DNA of 64,000 nucleotides from Macrostomum lignano (taxonomy: Eukaryota). The DNA lies in contig NIVC01003175.1 in NCBI GenBank assembly GCA_002269645.1, forward strand, positions 1 to 64,000, given 5' to 3'. Shown here piece by piece: positions 63,248 through 64,000 of the stretch. The position numbers and the translations under genes are program-made. Numbering within the stretch: position 1 is the first letter of the stretch; the number at the start of each line of letters is the position of its first letter. Under the pieces are notes generated by a model that was not told the origin of the DNA, did not search any database, and worked only from the letters and a program-made list of their open reading frames with translations.

Positions 63248-63937
63248 TCAGGCCTGGCTCGAATTACTCAAGATGTCGGAGAGGCTGCGCTGATTGCGCA
63301 ACGACTGGGCGGTGACGCGAAAAGCTCGCTGAATCTGGGCGAACACTTCGTCGCTGTGGACGGATCTGGCAGCGTTGGTCAGGGAGAACGGCTCCTCCAC
63401 GTAGATCTTGTAGCTGTTGGCGGTGAGCAGCTGTTCGTGAGCTGGAATCAGCTTCAGTGCCAGCTGGATTGGCAGCGGCTTGCCCAGCCTCACGCTCACG
63501 CTGAAGCCGCGCCAGTCGAATTCCGAATAGTACTGCACGAATCCGGAAAACAGTTGGCCCAAATTCTGGCAGTTCTGTGACCTCAACTCCTCCCATGGCA
63601 ACTGCACTCGCATGTCAATCTCTGTGTACGGCCTGTTGTAGTCGAACACCTGAGGATACAAGGACTGCAGACTGTACAGCACAGGGGGACTGCAGCCAGC
63701 CTGCAGGTACTGCACTGTCATCAGTGCCAGACTGTAGCTTGACAGCCGGCCCTGACTGGCGTCCTGCACCCCCAGCGACTGCGCCCACAGCTTCACGAAC
63801 ATCACAAGGGGCCGGACGCGCCAGTCGCATTTGGCGTATGCGGCCATGAGGTGCGTGTTGTAAATACCGATGGGATTGTTGATGTTCAGGTCGCAGTCTA
63901 GACCGGTCTTTGTGTCGTGAAACTTCAAAATAGAGAC
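63248..63937 (-). CDS. GLD-2/TENT2-like non-canonical poly(A) polymerase, last coding exon (5' exons outside window)
   Basis: Acceptor CTCAG|GTC at 63937; VSILKF, DCDLNINNPIGIYNTHLM, RVRPLVMFVKLWA, DASQGRLSSYSLALM, LGQLFSGF, IYVEEPFSLTNAARSV. Confidence 0.85.
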   Translation of the reverse strand, partial: VSILKFHDTKTGLDCDLNINNPIGIYNTHLMAAYAKCDWRVRPLVMFVKLWAQSLGVQDASQGRLSSYSLALMTVQYLQAGCSPPVLYSLQSLYPQVFDYNRPYTEIDMRVQLPWEELRSQNCQNLGQLFSGFVQYYSEFDWRGFSVSVRLGKPLPIQLALKLIPAHEQLLTANSYKIYVEEPFSLTNAARSVHSDEVFAQIQRAFRVTAQSLRNQRSLSDILSNSSQA

Positions 63938-64000
63938 CTGAGGATTTTTGTTTTTTTGGGATGTAGACTGCAGTTGCAAGCTCTTGATCTTAATAGTTTT

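Overview
Eukaryotic (invertebrate animal) genomic DNA. GC-rich exons, minisatellite-filled introns and long microsatellites suggest a flatworm such as Macrostomum; this is inferred from genome style only. By hand I reconstruct 11 host genes, 10 on the minus strand: a SPMAP1/C17orf98-like gene (frameshifted), PIF1, an APMAP/strictosidine-synthase-like gene, LSG1, a cationic amino-acid transporter, a tetraspanin (+), two near-identical PAN/C-type lectins, a VGAT-like transporter, PRPF38A and the last exon of a GLD-2/TENT2-like polymerase. Mobile DNA includes a full-length APE-RT-RNase H LINE with a 14-bp TSD nested in a Harbinger-like TIR element, a decayed mariner, a BEL/Pao fragment, three CORE-type tRNA SINEs and several MITEs. 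Three observations stand out. (1) A C-to-T hypermutated, CpG-depleted repeat island in LSG1 intron 1, whose mariner carries transitions in non-CpG as well as CpG contexts (RIP-like). (2) A pair of minimal type I hammerhead ribozyme motifs 846 nt apart in a Penelope/retrozyme-like unit embedded in an ATCT microsatellite. (3) Two lectin genes whose near-identity stops at the start and stop codons. All exon junctions and alignments were done by eye; no database searches were run.
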